DNA of 64,000 nucleotides from Cyanobium sp. (GTDB taxonomy: Bacteria > Cyanobacteriota > Cyanobacteriia > PCC-6307 > Cyanobiaceae), in contig JBBASR010000001.1 of NCBI GenBank assembly GCA_040399125.1, positions 106,050 to 170,049 on the forward strand. Reading direction: 5' to 3'. A model generated the notes under the pieces. That model was not told where the DNA came from and did not search any database. It saw only the letters and a list, made by a program, of their open reading frames with translations. This document shows positions 28,728 through 37,689 of the stretch, one piece after another (the stretch's first letter is position 1; each line of letters starts with the position of its first letter). Both the position numbers and the translations under genes were made by a program.

Positions 28728-29674
28728 CGGGCCGTTGCGATCGGTACCAGGCTGGCACCGGAATCGATGCAATGGCAGCACCAGGACTCGAAACCTTCCT
28801 CTAGCAGCGAAGGCTCCCATTGCCGATGGGCTGCGGCGGCCTGCTCGAAATCCGCGAACAGGGCAAACAGGCTGGGCCCGGAGCCACTCATGACCACGGC
28901 CAGGGCCTGCTCGATCCGTTGCAGCAGCGCCAGACCTCCACGCACGCTCTCCTGCTCCGGAGCCACCACGGTCTGCAGGTCGTTGCGCAGCGCTGGCAGG
29001 GGCCTCTCCCCTGCCAGGGCGGCCAGCAGGGGGCCCTGGCGCAGGGCCTGGCGGCGCTGCTCGAAGTCGAGCTCGCTTTCGAGGTAGAAATCCTCGCGCA
29101 ACTCGCGGCAGCGCCCATAGGCCCAGGGGGTGGAGACGCTGGCTTCGGGATGCTTGATCAGCAATACCCCGAGGGCGGGCGCCTGGGCAAGCCGCACCGG
29201 CTCCAGCTGCTCCCCGCGTCCGAAGCAGAGCTGGGTGCCCCCATCGAGGCAGAAGGGCATATCGGAGCCGAGCTCGGCCGCAAGGGCAAGCAGAGCGGCA
29301 CGCTCCATGCCCAGCCCCCACAGGGCATTGAGCCCCACCAGGGCCGCGGCGCCATCACTGGATCCCCCCGCCAACCCCGCCCCGATCGGAATCCGCTTCT
29401 GCAGCTGGATCCGGGCGCCCAGCTCCGGAAGCCCCACCCTCGCCCGCAGCTGCTCGGCGGCCCGCACGATCAGGTTGGTGCCATCGGTGGGCAGGCCGGG
29501 GCGATCGCAGTGCAGGGAGATCAGGCCGTCGGAGGTGGGCTGGAAGTGCAGCTCGTCCGCCAGATCGATCGTCTGCATCAGCATCGCCAGCTCATGGAAG
29601 CCATCGGGCCGCAGGCCGAGCACTTCCAGATGCAGGTTGATCTTGGCCGGAGCCAGCACGGTGAGTTCTGCCAT
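28724..29674 (-). CDS. ispE: 4-diphosphocytidyl-2-C-methyl-D-erythritol kinase
   Basis: [26 protein letters not shown]...[20 protein letters not shown] is a GHMP kinase motif. Confidence 0.92.
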   Translation of the reverse strand: MAELTVLAPAKINLHLEVLGLRPDGFHELAMLMQTIDLADELHFQPTSDGLISLHCDRPGLPTDGTNLIVRAAEQLRARVGLPELGARIQLQKRIPIGAGLAGGSSDGAAALVGLNALWGLGMERAALLALAAELGSDMPFCLDGGTQLCFGRGEQLEPVRLAQAPALGVLLIKHPEASVSTPWAYGRCRELREDFYLESELDFEQRRQALRQGPLLAALAGERPLPALRNDLQTVVAPEQESVRGGLALLQRIEQALAVVMSGSGPSLFALFADFEQAAAAHRQWEPSLLEEGFESWCCHCIDSGASLVPIATAR

Positions 29675-29678
29675 CGGT

Positions 29679-30551
29679 TCAGGCGGCGCCGGAAAGTTCG
29701 CTGTGTCGACGATTCAAACCGGCGGCCAGGGCCTGCCACTGCCGGGGAGCCAGCTCCTGGGGCCGCTGACTGAGTTCGATCCCCGCCTCTGTGGCCAGGT
29801 CCTGCAGGGCATCGGCGGGCAGCAGCCCGGTGAGGGTGTTGCGCAGCATCTTGCGGCGAGCCGCGAAGCAGCGCCGCAGCAGGCTCTCCACTTCCCGGGC
29901 CAGGGGGGGATCCAGCCGCTGCTCGGGCAGCAGGGGCTCCAGCAGGATCACCTCGGAGTGCACCTTCGGGGGTGGATTGAAACAACGGGGTGGCACCGCA
30001 CAGACCGACCTGCAGCGGGCCAGCAGCTGCATCCGGACGCTGAGGGCTGAATAACTGCTGGCACCCGGGACGGCGCGGATGCGTTCTCCCACTTCCTGCT
30101 GCACCAGCAGCACCAGGCGCCGGTAGGGAGGGTCATGGGGGCGGTCCAGTCGGCCCACCAACCGCTCCAGCAGGGGCCCGGTGATGTTGTACGGGATGTT
30201 GGCCACCACCACCTCCGGCGCCGGTTCGTCACCCAGCTGCAGCGGTACCTCCAGGGCATCGCCCTCCACCAGCTGGAAGCGGGGATCGGCACCGAAGCGC
30301 TGGCGCAGGCCGGCCACAAGGTCGCGATCCAGCTCCACGGCCAGCAGCGAAGCCAGGGGGGTGGCCAGCAACCGCTCGGTGAGCGCACCCCGCCCGGGTC
30401 CCACCTCCAGCACCCGATCCCCTGGCCCCAGCGCGGCCGCCTCGACGATGGACTGCAGCACCGTGCCATCCACCAGCCAGTGCTGGCCGAAGCGCTTGCG
30501 GGCGCGGTGGCCTTCGAAGGACATGGAAGGGCGCAGGCGGACTTCCCCCAT
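29679..30551 (-). CDS. rsmA: 16S rRNA (adenine1518/1519-N6)-dimethyltransferase
   Basis: [11 protein letters not shown] and the SAM motif [12 protein letters not shown]. Alternative ATG at 30524. Confidence 0.92.
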   Translation of the reverse strand: MGEVRLRPSMSFEGHRARKRFGQHWLVDGTVLQSIVEAAALGPGDRVLEVGPGRGALTERLLATPLASLLAVELDRDLVAGLRQRFGADPRFQLVEGDALEVPLQLGDEPAPEVVVANIPYNITGPLLERLVGRLDRPHDPPYRRLVLLVQQEVGERIRAVPGASSYSALSVRMQLLARCRSVCAVPPRCFNPPPKVHSEVILLEPLLPEQRLDPPLAREVESLLRRCFAARRKMLRNTLTGLLPADALQDLATEAGIELSQRPQELAPRQWQALAAGLNRRHSELSGAA

Positions 30552-30610
30552 TGAACGTCGGGCCGGTGAACGTCGGGCCTGTGAACGTCTGTCAGGCAGC
30601 GTCTGTTCGG
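30552..30610. repeat. Three tandem 15-bp direct repeats plus a partial fourth, in a divergent promoter region
   Basis: TGAACGTCGGGCCGG (30552..30566), TGAACGTCGGGCCTG (30567..30581), TGAACGTCTGTCAGG (30582..30596), then CAGCGTCTGTTCGG. They begin immediately after the rsmA ATG at 30551. Confidence 0.8.
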
Positions 30611-30654
30611 ATAAGGGTGCCTATGTTGAAGGGTTATCTGCCGGTGCAGCGGTC

Positions 30655-30936
30655 ATGGCCAATCGCCCCTGTCTCCACAGCAACCTGGGCGCCTGGCGAG
30701 GGCTGCTTGCCGCCGCCCTGCTGATCCCGCTGCTGGCCACCTGGGCAGCCCGGGCCGGCAGCATCACCGACGAGTCGATCTGGGACCAGAACGATGCCAC
30801 CCAGCGGGCCCTGCAGCGGCTGCCCCGCGGCGCCACGGTGACGGGCACACGCTGCCAGGAATTCGGCGTGGGGGGCATGGACAATCCCCGCTATCGCTGC
30901 ACCGTGAATTACACCGAGACGGCTCCCGCCCCCTGA
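30655..30936 (+). CDS. Small secreted protein (93 aa), unknown
   Basis: ATG at 30655 inside track ORF 30181..30936. Signal-peptide-like WRGLLAAALLIPLLATWAARAGS. Two Cys residues (TRCQEF...RYRCTV). Confidence 0.55.
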   Translation: MANRPCLHSNLGAWRGLLAAALLIPLLATWAARAGSITDESIWDQNDATQRALQRLPRGATVTGTRCQEFGVGGMDNPRYRCTVNYTETAPAP

Positions 30937-30958
30937 GTGGAATGCCCGATCTGGGTCC

Positions 30959-31324
30959 TTAGCGCCCCAGGCGGATCCAGCGCACGCCTCCCCGCAGCGG
31001 CGGCAGCGGCACCAGGGCGGCCACCTGCTCCACCGGCTGCTCCGCCCATTCGCCATGGTCTGCCAGCCAGCAGGCCCAGGCCCGCTCCAGCCGGAGCAGC
31101 TTCGACCTTCTCAGGGCCGCCACACCAGCACCATCGAAGCTGCCGGCCCCCCGGCCCTTCACCTCCACCAGTAGCAACCGGCCGGGCTTGCACAGGACCA
31201 GATCAAGCTCGCCCCAGCGACACTGCCAGTTGCGCGAAAGCAGTTGCCAGCCGGCCTGCTGCAGCAATCGCAGCGCCCTCTGCTCGGCCCAGCGACCCTG
31301 GCGCTGACGGAGATTGCGAGCCAT
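30959..31324 (-). CDS. YraN-family (UPF0102) endonuclease-like protein
   Basis: GRWAEQRALRLLQQAGWQLLSRNWQCRWGELDLVL...LLLVEVKGR matches the YraN signature. Confidence 0.85.
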   Translation of the reverse strand: MARNLRQRQGRWAEQRALRLLQQAGWQLLSRNWQCRWGELDLVLCKPGRLLLVEVKGRGAGSFDGAGVAALRRSKLLRLERAWACWLADHGEWAEQPVEQVAALVPLPPLRGGVRWIRLGR

Positions 31325-31393
31325 CGACCTGCATGCGGTGCCCCAAGCCTTCCCGCATGCGGACGGGCGGACGACTCAGGCCCGGAGGGCGAC

Positions 31394-33115
31394 TCAGGGC
31401 CGCGAATCGGCCTGCGCAACCAGCAACTCCTGAAGTTCCCCAGCGGAAAGGGGGGCCGAGAGGTGGTAACCCTGGCCGAGGTGAACGCCGAGGCTGATCA
31501 GGATCTGGAGCTGCCGCGAGCGCTCCACCCCCTCCACCACCACGTCAAGACCGCTGGCATTGCCGAGGCTGATCACGGCGCTGAGCATGGCCTGCTGCAG
31601 TTGGTCGTAATCGATGGCGGAAATCAGGCTCCGATCCACCTTCACCTGGTTGAAGGGCAGTTTGGTGAGACGCTGCAGGCCGGAGTAGCCGGTGCCGAAA
31701 TCATCGAGGCAGAGGATGAAACCCATCCGCCGCAGCTCTCGGATCTGGTCAGCCAACACATTGGTGATTTCGAGCACATCTCCTTCGGTGAGTTCGAGCA
31801 CGATCCGCTCCGGACTCAGCTGGTTCCGTTCGAGCGCCACCAGCAGATCCTTGGTCCAGGCGGGATCCTGCAGCTGCAGCGGCGAGATGTTGAGGCCGAT
31901 CCTCGCCAGCCGCAGGCCGGAGGCCTCCCAGCGATGGAACTGGCTGAAGGCGGTCTCCATCACCCATTTCCCCAGGCTGGAGATCTGCTGGGTGGCTTCG
32001 GCCACATCGATGAAGTCGAAGGGGGACTGGCGACCGAGTTCGGGATCATCCCAGCGGCACAGCACCTCGGCGGCGGTGACCCTTCCGGAGCGGAGTTCCA
32101 GAATCGGCTGGAAAGCAAGCTCTAGGCGGTTTTCCTCAATCGCCCGGGCCAGGGGCTTGGCCAGCAGCTCGGTCATCCTCACAGTGCGGGTGACCGGCAT
32201 CGCCACACAGCAGCTGGAGAAGGGGGGCCGCTGGGTCTCCTGCAACGCCTGGGTGGAGGAATCGAGCAGATGGGGGAAATCGATGCCGTCATCCGGGCCG
32301 CGACTCACCCCAACGCTCAGCGAGGGCTCGATCACCTGCTCGGCGATCGAGATCGGGGTTTCCAGTTTGTCGAGCAGCGCGCCGGCCATCTCCCGCGCCT
32401 CCTCCACGCTCAGACGGCCGGGAGTGAGGGCAAGAAGACGGTCCCCCCCCTGGAGGGCGTAAAAGCTGCCGGCAGGCAGGCTGGCTCCCAGCCGATGGCC
32501 CATCTGATCATGGAGCGCCTCGGCGGCATCGATCCCCAGCTTTCCACGCACCAGATCGAGATGCAGCAGGCTGAGCTGCAAGAGCGTCGCTCCATTGGCA
32601 AAGCGCTGCTGGAGAATCTCCTCGAGGCTGTGGAGTTGCACCCGCTGGGGAAGCAGCTCCAACAGAAACCAGGGGGAGCCGCCCGCCACGGGGTTCTCGA
32701 GCCGGGAAAGGCGTAAGGGCTGGTTTGCAGCGGCCCCCACCGCCAGCTCACCGTAGAAACCTGGGAGCTCTCCCCGCAGAAACGGTCCGGAATCCTGACC
32801 GATCAGCGCGGCAAGATCCAGGCGCTGCAGGGTGGAGTGCGGCAGGCCTGCGCGGGAAAGGAAACTCTGGCTGGCCTCGACCCACTGCCCGCGGCCATCC
32901 AGCAGGGCGACGGCATCACCGCTGATGTCCAGCAGGCTCTGCAATGGCAGCGATGAAGGTGGCAGGACGGAATCGTGGGGAGCCATCAGATCGAGCAGTG
33001 CAGCGACTCTGCCGCACCGAAAGCTACTGCCGCTCGGAAAGATTCTGACCGCTGCAAGGCATCCATTGATGATTGTCCGTCTGAGCCCTGGCGCCGGCAT
33101 GCCCCCAGCAGACAC
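31394..33115 (-). CDS. Signalling protein with a degenerate GGDEF domain and an EAL phosphodiesterase domain
   Basis: EAL domain: ELAFQPILEL...AAEVLCRW...LELTEGD...LDDFGTGYSGL. The GGDEF position reads YALQGGDRLLAL. The track start at 33115 is GTG, and ATGs at 33100 and 32986 are alternatives. Confidence 0.82.
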   Translation of the reverse strand: MSAGGMPAPGLRRTIINGCLAAVRIFPSGSSFRCGRVAALLDLMAPHDSVLPPSSLPLQSLLDISGDAVALLDGRGQWVEASQSFLSRAGLPHSTLQRLDLAALIGQDSGPFLRGELPGFYGELAVGAAANQPLRLSRLENPVAGGSPWFLLELLPQRVQLHSLEEILQQRFANGATLLQLSLLHLDLVRGKLGIDAAEALHDQMGHRLGASLPAGSFYALQGGDRLLALTPGRLSVEEAREMAGALLDKLETPISIAEQVIEPSLSVGVSRGPDDGIDFPHLLDSSTQALQETQRPPFSSCCVAMPVTRTVRMTELLAKPLARAIEENRLELAFQPILELRSGRVTAAEVLCRWDDPELGRQSPFDFIDVAEATQQISSLGKWVMETAFSQFHRWEASGLRLARIGLNISPLQLQDPAWTKDLLVALERNQLSPERIVLELTEGDVLEITNVLADQIRELRRMGFILCLDDFGTGYSGLQRLTKLPFNQVKVDRSLISAIDYDQLQQAMLSAVISLGNASGLDVVVEGVERSRQLQILISLGVHLGQGYHLSAPLSAGELQELLVAQADSRP

Positions 33116-33167
33116 CGCGCTCCCCCTGACATCGCTCTTCTAGTCTGGAGAGACTGAGGCCCTGGCG

Positions 33168-33689
33168 ATGAATCCCGCTCCTTCGAAATCCCGATCGAGT
33201 TGGCTGGCCAAGGCCTGCGCGCTGCTGCTGACCCTGGTGCTGTTGATCGGCTCCGCGTTCGGCATGGCCACGCCGGCCGTTGCCGCCATGGATTACGCCA
33301 AACAGGTGCTGATCGGAGCCGATTTCCATGCCGCCGATCTGCGGGGGGTCACCTTCAATCTCACCAATCTCCGGGATGCCGATTTTTCCGGAGCCGATCT
33401 GCGCGGCGCCAGCCTGTTCGGAGCCAAATTGCAGGATGCCGACCTCAGCGGCGCTGATCTGAGGGACGCCACGCTCGATTCAGCTGTGTTCAACGGCACG
33501 GATCTGCGCAACGCCCGCCTGGATGATGCCTTCGCCTTCAACACGAAGTTCAGCGACGTGCAGATCGAAGGGGCTGATTTCACCAATGTGCCTCTGCGGG
33601 GCGATGCCCTCAAAGCCCTGTGCAGCGTGGCCGGAGGCACCAATCCTGAAAGCGGCCGTGCCACCCGCGACACCCTCGGCTGCCCCTGA
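33168..33689 (+). CDS. Pentapeptide-repeat protein with a signal peptide (lumenal/periplasmic type)
   Basis: Signal peptide ...LIGSAFGMATPAVAA, then ADLRGVTFNLTNLRDADFSGADLRGASLFGAKLQDADLSGADLRDATL. Confidence 0.85.
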   Translation: MNPAPSKSRSSWLAKACALLLTLVLLIGSAFGMATPAVAAMDYAKQVLIGADFHAADLRGVTFNLTNLRDADFSGADLRGASLFGAKLQDADLSGADLRDATLDSAVFNGTDLRNARLDDAFAFNTKFSDVQIEGADFTNVPLRGDALKALCSVAGGTNPESGRATRDTLGCP

Positions 33690-33701
33690 ATCGTTGTTTC
33701 C

Positions 33702-34103
33702 ATGAGCTTTGATGCCCGCAGCCTTGAGCGCCTGGAAGCCCTGGGCAGGCAGCTCCCCAAGAAACTTCCGGTGCCTCCCTCTGAACAAGCGGCCGCTGCC
33801 GGTCCGAAGCAGCCGGGCCGGCTCCATCGGGTCGAAACCGAGCTGAATCCCGAACAGCTGTTCCGCGAGTTGATGGCGGCCAGCCCGGATGGCTCGGTGC
33901 CGCCTCACCTGATGGACCGACTGCGGCAGCTGGAGGCCACCCGTCTCCCGGGGGCCAGAACGACCCCCGAGGCGCTACCGAGCCCAGCCAACAGACCAAA
34001 CGCAACCCCCAAACCGAATCGGGCGCGTCCTCGCCCCGCCGCCGAAGACCTTTCCCTTTACGCCACCTTTGAGCAGCTGCTGCTCGAGGATGAGGACGCC
34101 TAG
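33702..34103 (+). CDS. Hypothetical protein (133 aa)
   Basis: MSFDARSLERLEALGRQLPKKLP...ATFEQLLLEDEDA. Good codon bias. Starts 12 nt after the upstream gene. Family not recognised. Confidence 0.55.
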   Translation: MSFDARSLERLEALGRQLPKKLPVPPSEQAAAAGPKQPGRLHRVETELNPEQLFRELMAASPDGSVPPHLMDRLRQLEATRLPGARTTPEALPSPANRPNATPKPNRARPRPAAEDLSLYATFEQLLLEDEDA

Positions 34104-34110
34104 CGGCCGA

Positions 34111-34641
34111 TCACTGCGATCGGCGCAAGGCACGGCGAAGCTGATCGGGCCAGTCGGCGGGACGATCGCCTCGTTGCAGCGGCAGACTGAACATGGAGCG
34201 GGCCAGGGGCCAGCCTCCCCGGGCGAACACCGCACCGAGGTGGAAGGCGACGGCCAGTCCGGTGCCGAGCCAGCCGGCCAGGTGCAACCGATAGACAAGG
34301 GTGTCGAGCTCGCCGGCACGGACGCTGTGCTCGCTCATCAGCAGGCCGGTACCGATCGAGAGCGTCAGGGCCGCCAGAGGCAGGGCATTGGCCAGTCGCA
34401 GCAACCGAACCCGCCCCACGGTGAGGGCATAGGGAGCGAACCCGCAAAACACCAGTACCAGCAGCACCCCGAGGCTGCCATGCACATCGATCCAGTCCGT
34501 CGCCGGTACCAGCGGAAGCCTGCCCCAGCGTCCGTCGTACACCGAATAGACAACCAGCCCTGAAAGCCAGCAACCGGCCACGACCAGCGCCGTGGGGGCA
34601 TGCAGCAGCCTCAGCAGCGAGGGTTGGTAGGGGCGGGGCAT
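34111..34641 (-). CDS. Four-TM histidine-bearing membrane protein, cytochrome b561-like (putative)
   Basis: 176 aa with four predicted TM helices and conserved-looking His residues (LLHAPTA, DVHGSLGVL, YRLHLAGW, AFHLGAV). The assignment rests on architecture only. Confidence 0.5.
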   Translation of the reverse strand: MPRPYQPSLLRLLHAPTALVVAGCWLSGLVVYSVYDGRWGRLPLVPATDWIDVHGSLGVLLVLVFCGFAPYALTVGRVRLLRLANALPLAALTLSIGTGLLMSEHSVRAGELDTLVYRLHLAGWLGTGLAVAFHLGAVFARGGWPLARSMFSLPLQRGDRPADWPDQLRRALRRSQ

Positions 34642-34697
34642 GGAATCGGGAGGAGTGGGGAGGCAGTAATTGGGGAGGCAGTAAGCAGAAGGGGAAA

Positions 34698-35609
34698 TCA
34701 GGCCTGCGGAGGCTCGAGCTGCAGGGTGCTGTGGGGAATGCCGAGCCAGGCCATCCTCACCTTGGCCTGATGCAGCAGATCCATGTCATCCACCAGGCCC
34801 GGGCGGCGTTTGATGTGGGCAGTCATCGCGTTCTGGGAGGTGCTCATCGCCCAGACATGCAGATGGTGCACATCCACCACCCCTGGCAGGGCCTTCAATT
34901 CCGCCTCCACCTCGGCGAGGTCGATGCCCTGGGGTACGGCATCGAGGGCCACCAGCAGCGATTCCCGCAGCAGCTGCCAGCCGCTCCAGGCCACCGCCAA
35001 CCCCACCAGGATCGCCGTTGCCGCATCCAGCCAGTTCCAGCCGGTGAGCTTCACCAGCAGGGCGCTGACCAGAACCGCCGCCGAAACCGCAGCATCCGTT
35101 AGCAGGTGCACCACCGCCGCACGGCGGTTGAGGTCGTGATGGTGATCATGGCCAAACAGGCGTGCCGAGGCGAGATTCACCACGATGCCGGCGGCGGCGG
35201 CCCAGGCCACCGGAGTGCTCACCATGGGCACCGGATCGAACAGGCGCTGCCCCCCCTCGAAGATCACGACCCCTGCCGCCATCAGCACCAGCATGGCGTT
35301 GAGCAGGGAGGCCAGCTGGGTGCTGCGCCCGAAGCCATAGGTGAAGCGGGGCGTGGCAGGCCTGGCGCTGAGACGCTCTGCGCCCCAGCCCAGCAGCAGA
35401 CCCACCACATCCCCCAGATTGTGAATCGCGTCGCCGATCAGGGCCAGGGAGCCGAAGGCGGTGCCGATCGCCAGCTGCAGGCCGGAGAGGGCACCATTGA
35501 GCAGGATGCTCCAGCGAAAAGCGGCAGGAGAACCGGGACGATGTTCGTGCTGCCGCCTGTGAGGCCGGCGCTGAATGTCGATGGCCGGATGGTGGTGGTG
35601 GGGGCTCAA
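34698..35609 (-). CDS. Cation diffusion facilitator family metal efflux transporter
   Basis: His-rich N-terminus SPHHHHP...HRRQHEH. TM2 HNLGDVVG and TM5 HLLTDAAVS metal-site motifs. C-terminal cytoplasmic domain. TTG start at 35609. Confidence 0.85.
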   Translation of the reverse strand: MSPHHHHPAIDIQRRPHRRQHEHRPGSPAAFRWSILLNGALSGLQLAIGTAFGSLALIGDAIHNLGDVVGLLLGWGAERLSARPATPRFTYGFGRSTQLASLLNAMLVLMAAGVVIFEGGQRLFDPVPMVSTPVAWAAAAGIVVNLASARLFGHDHHHDLNRRAAVVHLLTDAAVSAAVLVSALLVKLTGWNWLDAATAILVGLAVAWSGWQLLRESLLVALDAVPQGIDLAEVEAELKALPGVVDVHHLHVWAMSTSQNAMTAHIKRRPGLVDDMDLLHQAKVRMAWLGIPHSTLQLEPPQA

Positions 35610-35633
35610 GGAGGCTGCAACGGGAGCGAGGGA

Positions 35634-36290
35634 TCAGGGAAGGAGGGCCCGATGCAGGGCCACGAGCCCGAAGGCTAGGAACAAGCCACCGCTCAGTCTG
35701 TAAAGCAGTTGCTCCCGGATCCGGGTGCCGATCCACTTGCCTGCTCCCACCGCCAGCCAGGTGACCAGGGCATGGCCGAGCAGGGCGCCGGCCAGCAGAC
35801 CGACAAAACCGAAGGCCGGGGCGGTAGCCAGAAAGATCGTGGCGAACTGGGTGCGGTCGCCCAGTTCGGCGACGAACACCAAGGCGAAGGCCTCCCAGAT
35901 CACCGCCCAGGGCGAATGGATCCGGCCCCGCTGCTCCACCGCGTTCACCGCCTCCTCCGCCTCCTCTGCCTCCTCGCCGGCCGCATCGCCCCCCATGCCC
36001 TGGGCATCGAGCAGCAGCTTGATCCCGAAACCGAGGAACAGCACTGCCGCCAGCCAGGGCACCACGGTCACCGGCAGCAGCTCCCGCAGGCCATAGCCCA
36101 GGCCCAGCGAGATCAAGGTGACGGCGGCCAGGGCGGCGAAGGCGCCGAGAAACACCCAGCGGGCCCGATGGCGGGCCGCCAGGATCAGCGCCATGAAAAA
36201 GGTCTTGTCACCCAGTTCCGCCAGGGTGATCGCGGTGAGGCTGGAGCCGAAGGCCGCCAGACCGGGGTCGGAAGGAAGAAGAGATGCCAT
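35634..36290 (-). CDS. GDT1/TMEM165 (UPF0016) family cation transporter, Mnx/PAM71-like
   Basis: Two ExGD(K/R)(T/S) repeats, AELGDKTF and AELGDRTQ, separated by an acidic loop (GEEAEEAEEA). Confidence 0.85.
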   Translation of the reverse strand: MASLLPSDPGLAAFGSSLTAITLAELGDKTFFMALILAARHRARWVFLGAFAALAAVTLISLGLGYGLRELLPVTVVPWLAAVLFLGFGIKLLLDAQGMGGDAAGEEAEEAEEAVNAVEQRGRIHSPWAVIWEAFALVFVAELGDRTQFATIFLATAPAFGFVGLLAGALLGHALVTWLAVGAGKWIGTRIREQLLYRLSGGLFLAFGLVALHRALLP

Positions 36291-36339
36291 CTGTTCAGGT
36301 TGGCCTGGCGGCCGTAAAAAAATCGTGAAAGGAGCGGAT

Positions 36340-37689
36340 TCAGGCGATCGGCAGCGTCACCTGAAACACACAAGCCCCGGCCCGACCATCCGCAAGCAGG
36401 ATCTCTCCGCCATGGCCTCTGGCGATGGCCCTGGCGATCGCCAGACCCAGACCACTGCTGCTGCTGCTGGGGGGAGCACCCGGACCGCGCCAGAAGCGCT
36501 CGAACACCAGGGTCGCCTGCTCCGGCGCGATGCCAGGCCCGCGATCCCGGATCAGCACCCTCCAGCGACTGCCCGATCGCAGAACCTCCAGCTCCACCGC
36601 AGCCCCCGGCGGGCTGTGCCGGATCGCATTGAGCAGCACGTTGGTGAACAGGCGCTGCAGCTGCTCGGGCTGGCCCCGCACCGGCAGTTCCGCGCCGGGA
36701 TCGGAACCCGGCAGCAGCTGCAGCCGCACCTGACGGGCCGCCGCCCGCGGCCCATAGAGCTCCAGCAGATCCTCAAGCAGCTCCAGCAGATCGAATCGGC
36801 GCCAGCGGCTGGATGCCCCCTCGCCCCCGATCCCCTGCTCATGCCAGGCCAGCAGGAGCAGGTCGTCGAGCAGCGCCCCCATGCGTGCGGCGAGGCCATC
36901 AATCCTGCCGAGCAGGGGATGGGGGGCAGGATCCATGCACTCCTTCTCTGCCGCCAGCAGGGTGCGCATCGCCGTGAGCGGATGCCGCAGTTCATGGGAG
37001 GCATCGGCCGTGAACCGCTGCAGGGCCTCCACCTGCCGCTGCAGAGGCGCCACGGCCTTGGTGAGCATCCTGCGGCCCAGCAGCAGGGCCGCCAGGGTGG
37101 AGCAGATCGTGCCCAGCAGCAGACCGCGCCGCAGGCGCCGCAGTTCGGAGCGCAGGCCGTCGTCATCGAGGCCCACATACACATAACCGCTCAGGCGGGA
37201 GCCGGCTTCGCTCTCCTTGCCGGCCGGGCGAGGCAGGGGGCGGGTGAGCACGGGTTGCCACAGGGCGATGCCGCCAGACCACTGCCGCCATTGCGGTGCC
37301 TGGCTGCGGAGCGGCGCCGGCAGGGCCAGGCCCCCCTGGTCCTCGAGCAGGCGCCCGGCGGCATCGAACCACTGCACGCGCTGGCCGGGCCTCTCCGGCA
37401 GGGCCACCACCTCCCGGTCGGCCCGGAACTTGCGGGCGTTGCGCTCCTCCTGGAATTCATGGGCGATCAGCGGCCACTGGGAGGCCGCCGCGGTGGCCAG
37501 CTGGCGTGCCTCGAGCCGCAGGGCCTCCCTCCGCTCGCCGGCGATGCCCCAGTAGACGGCGGCGGCGAAGCAGGCCAGCAGCAGCAGGGCGAACCCACCG
37601 CCCTGCAGCATCAGTCGCCAGCGCAGCGAAAGGGGATCAGGCGATGTGGCAGGGGTTGAGGCGGTAGCCAAGGCCGTAGACGGTTTCAA
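36340..37689 (-). CDS. Sensor histidine kinase with an extracytoplasmic sensor domain
   Basis: Two TM helices flank a loop of about 130 aa. H-box ASHELRHPLTAM, N-box NVLLNAIRHSP, G1 IRDRGPGI, G2 GLGLAIARAIA. The track start at 37689 is TTG and overlaps the regulator gene. ATG 37611 is an alternative. Confidence 0.85.
   Translation of the reverse strand: MKPSTALATASTPATSPDPLSLRWRLMLQGGGFALLLLACFAAAVYWGIAGERREALRLEARQLATAAASQWPLIAHEFQEERNARKFRADREVVALPERPGQRVQWFDAAGRLLEDQGGLALPAPLRSQAPQWRQWSGGIALWQPVLTRPLPRPAGKESEAGSRLSGYVYVGLDDDGLRSELRRLRRGLLLGTICSTLAALLLGRRMLTKAVAPLQRQVEALQRFTADASHELRHPLTAMRTLLAAEKECMDPAPHPLLGRIDGLAARMGALLDDLLLLAWHEQGIGGEGASSRWRRFDLLELLEDLLELYGPRAAARQVRLQLLPGSDPGAELPVRGQPEQLQRLFTNVLLNAIRHSPPGAAVELEVLRSGSRWRVLIRDRGPGIAPEQATLVFERFWRGPGAPPSSSSSGLGLAIARAIARGHGGEILLADGRAGACVFQVTLPIA

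Noticed and set aside
31368-31401. Near-duplicate CGACTCAGG(C/G)CC segments 18 nt apart at the 3' end of the EAL gene, which give two in-frame TGA codons on the minus strand
   Set aside because: It is a short local duplication just after the stop codon with no evident structure or function, and it is probably slippage.
36118-37659. 513-aa plus-strand ORF
   Set aside because: It is antisense to the histidine kinase gene, whose H, N, G1 and G2 boxes are all on the minus strand.
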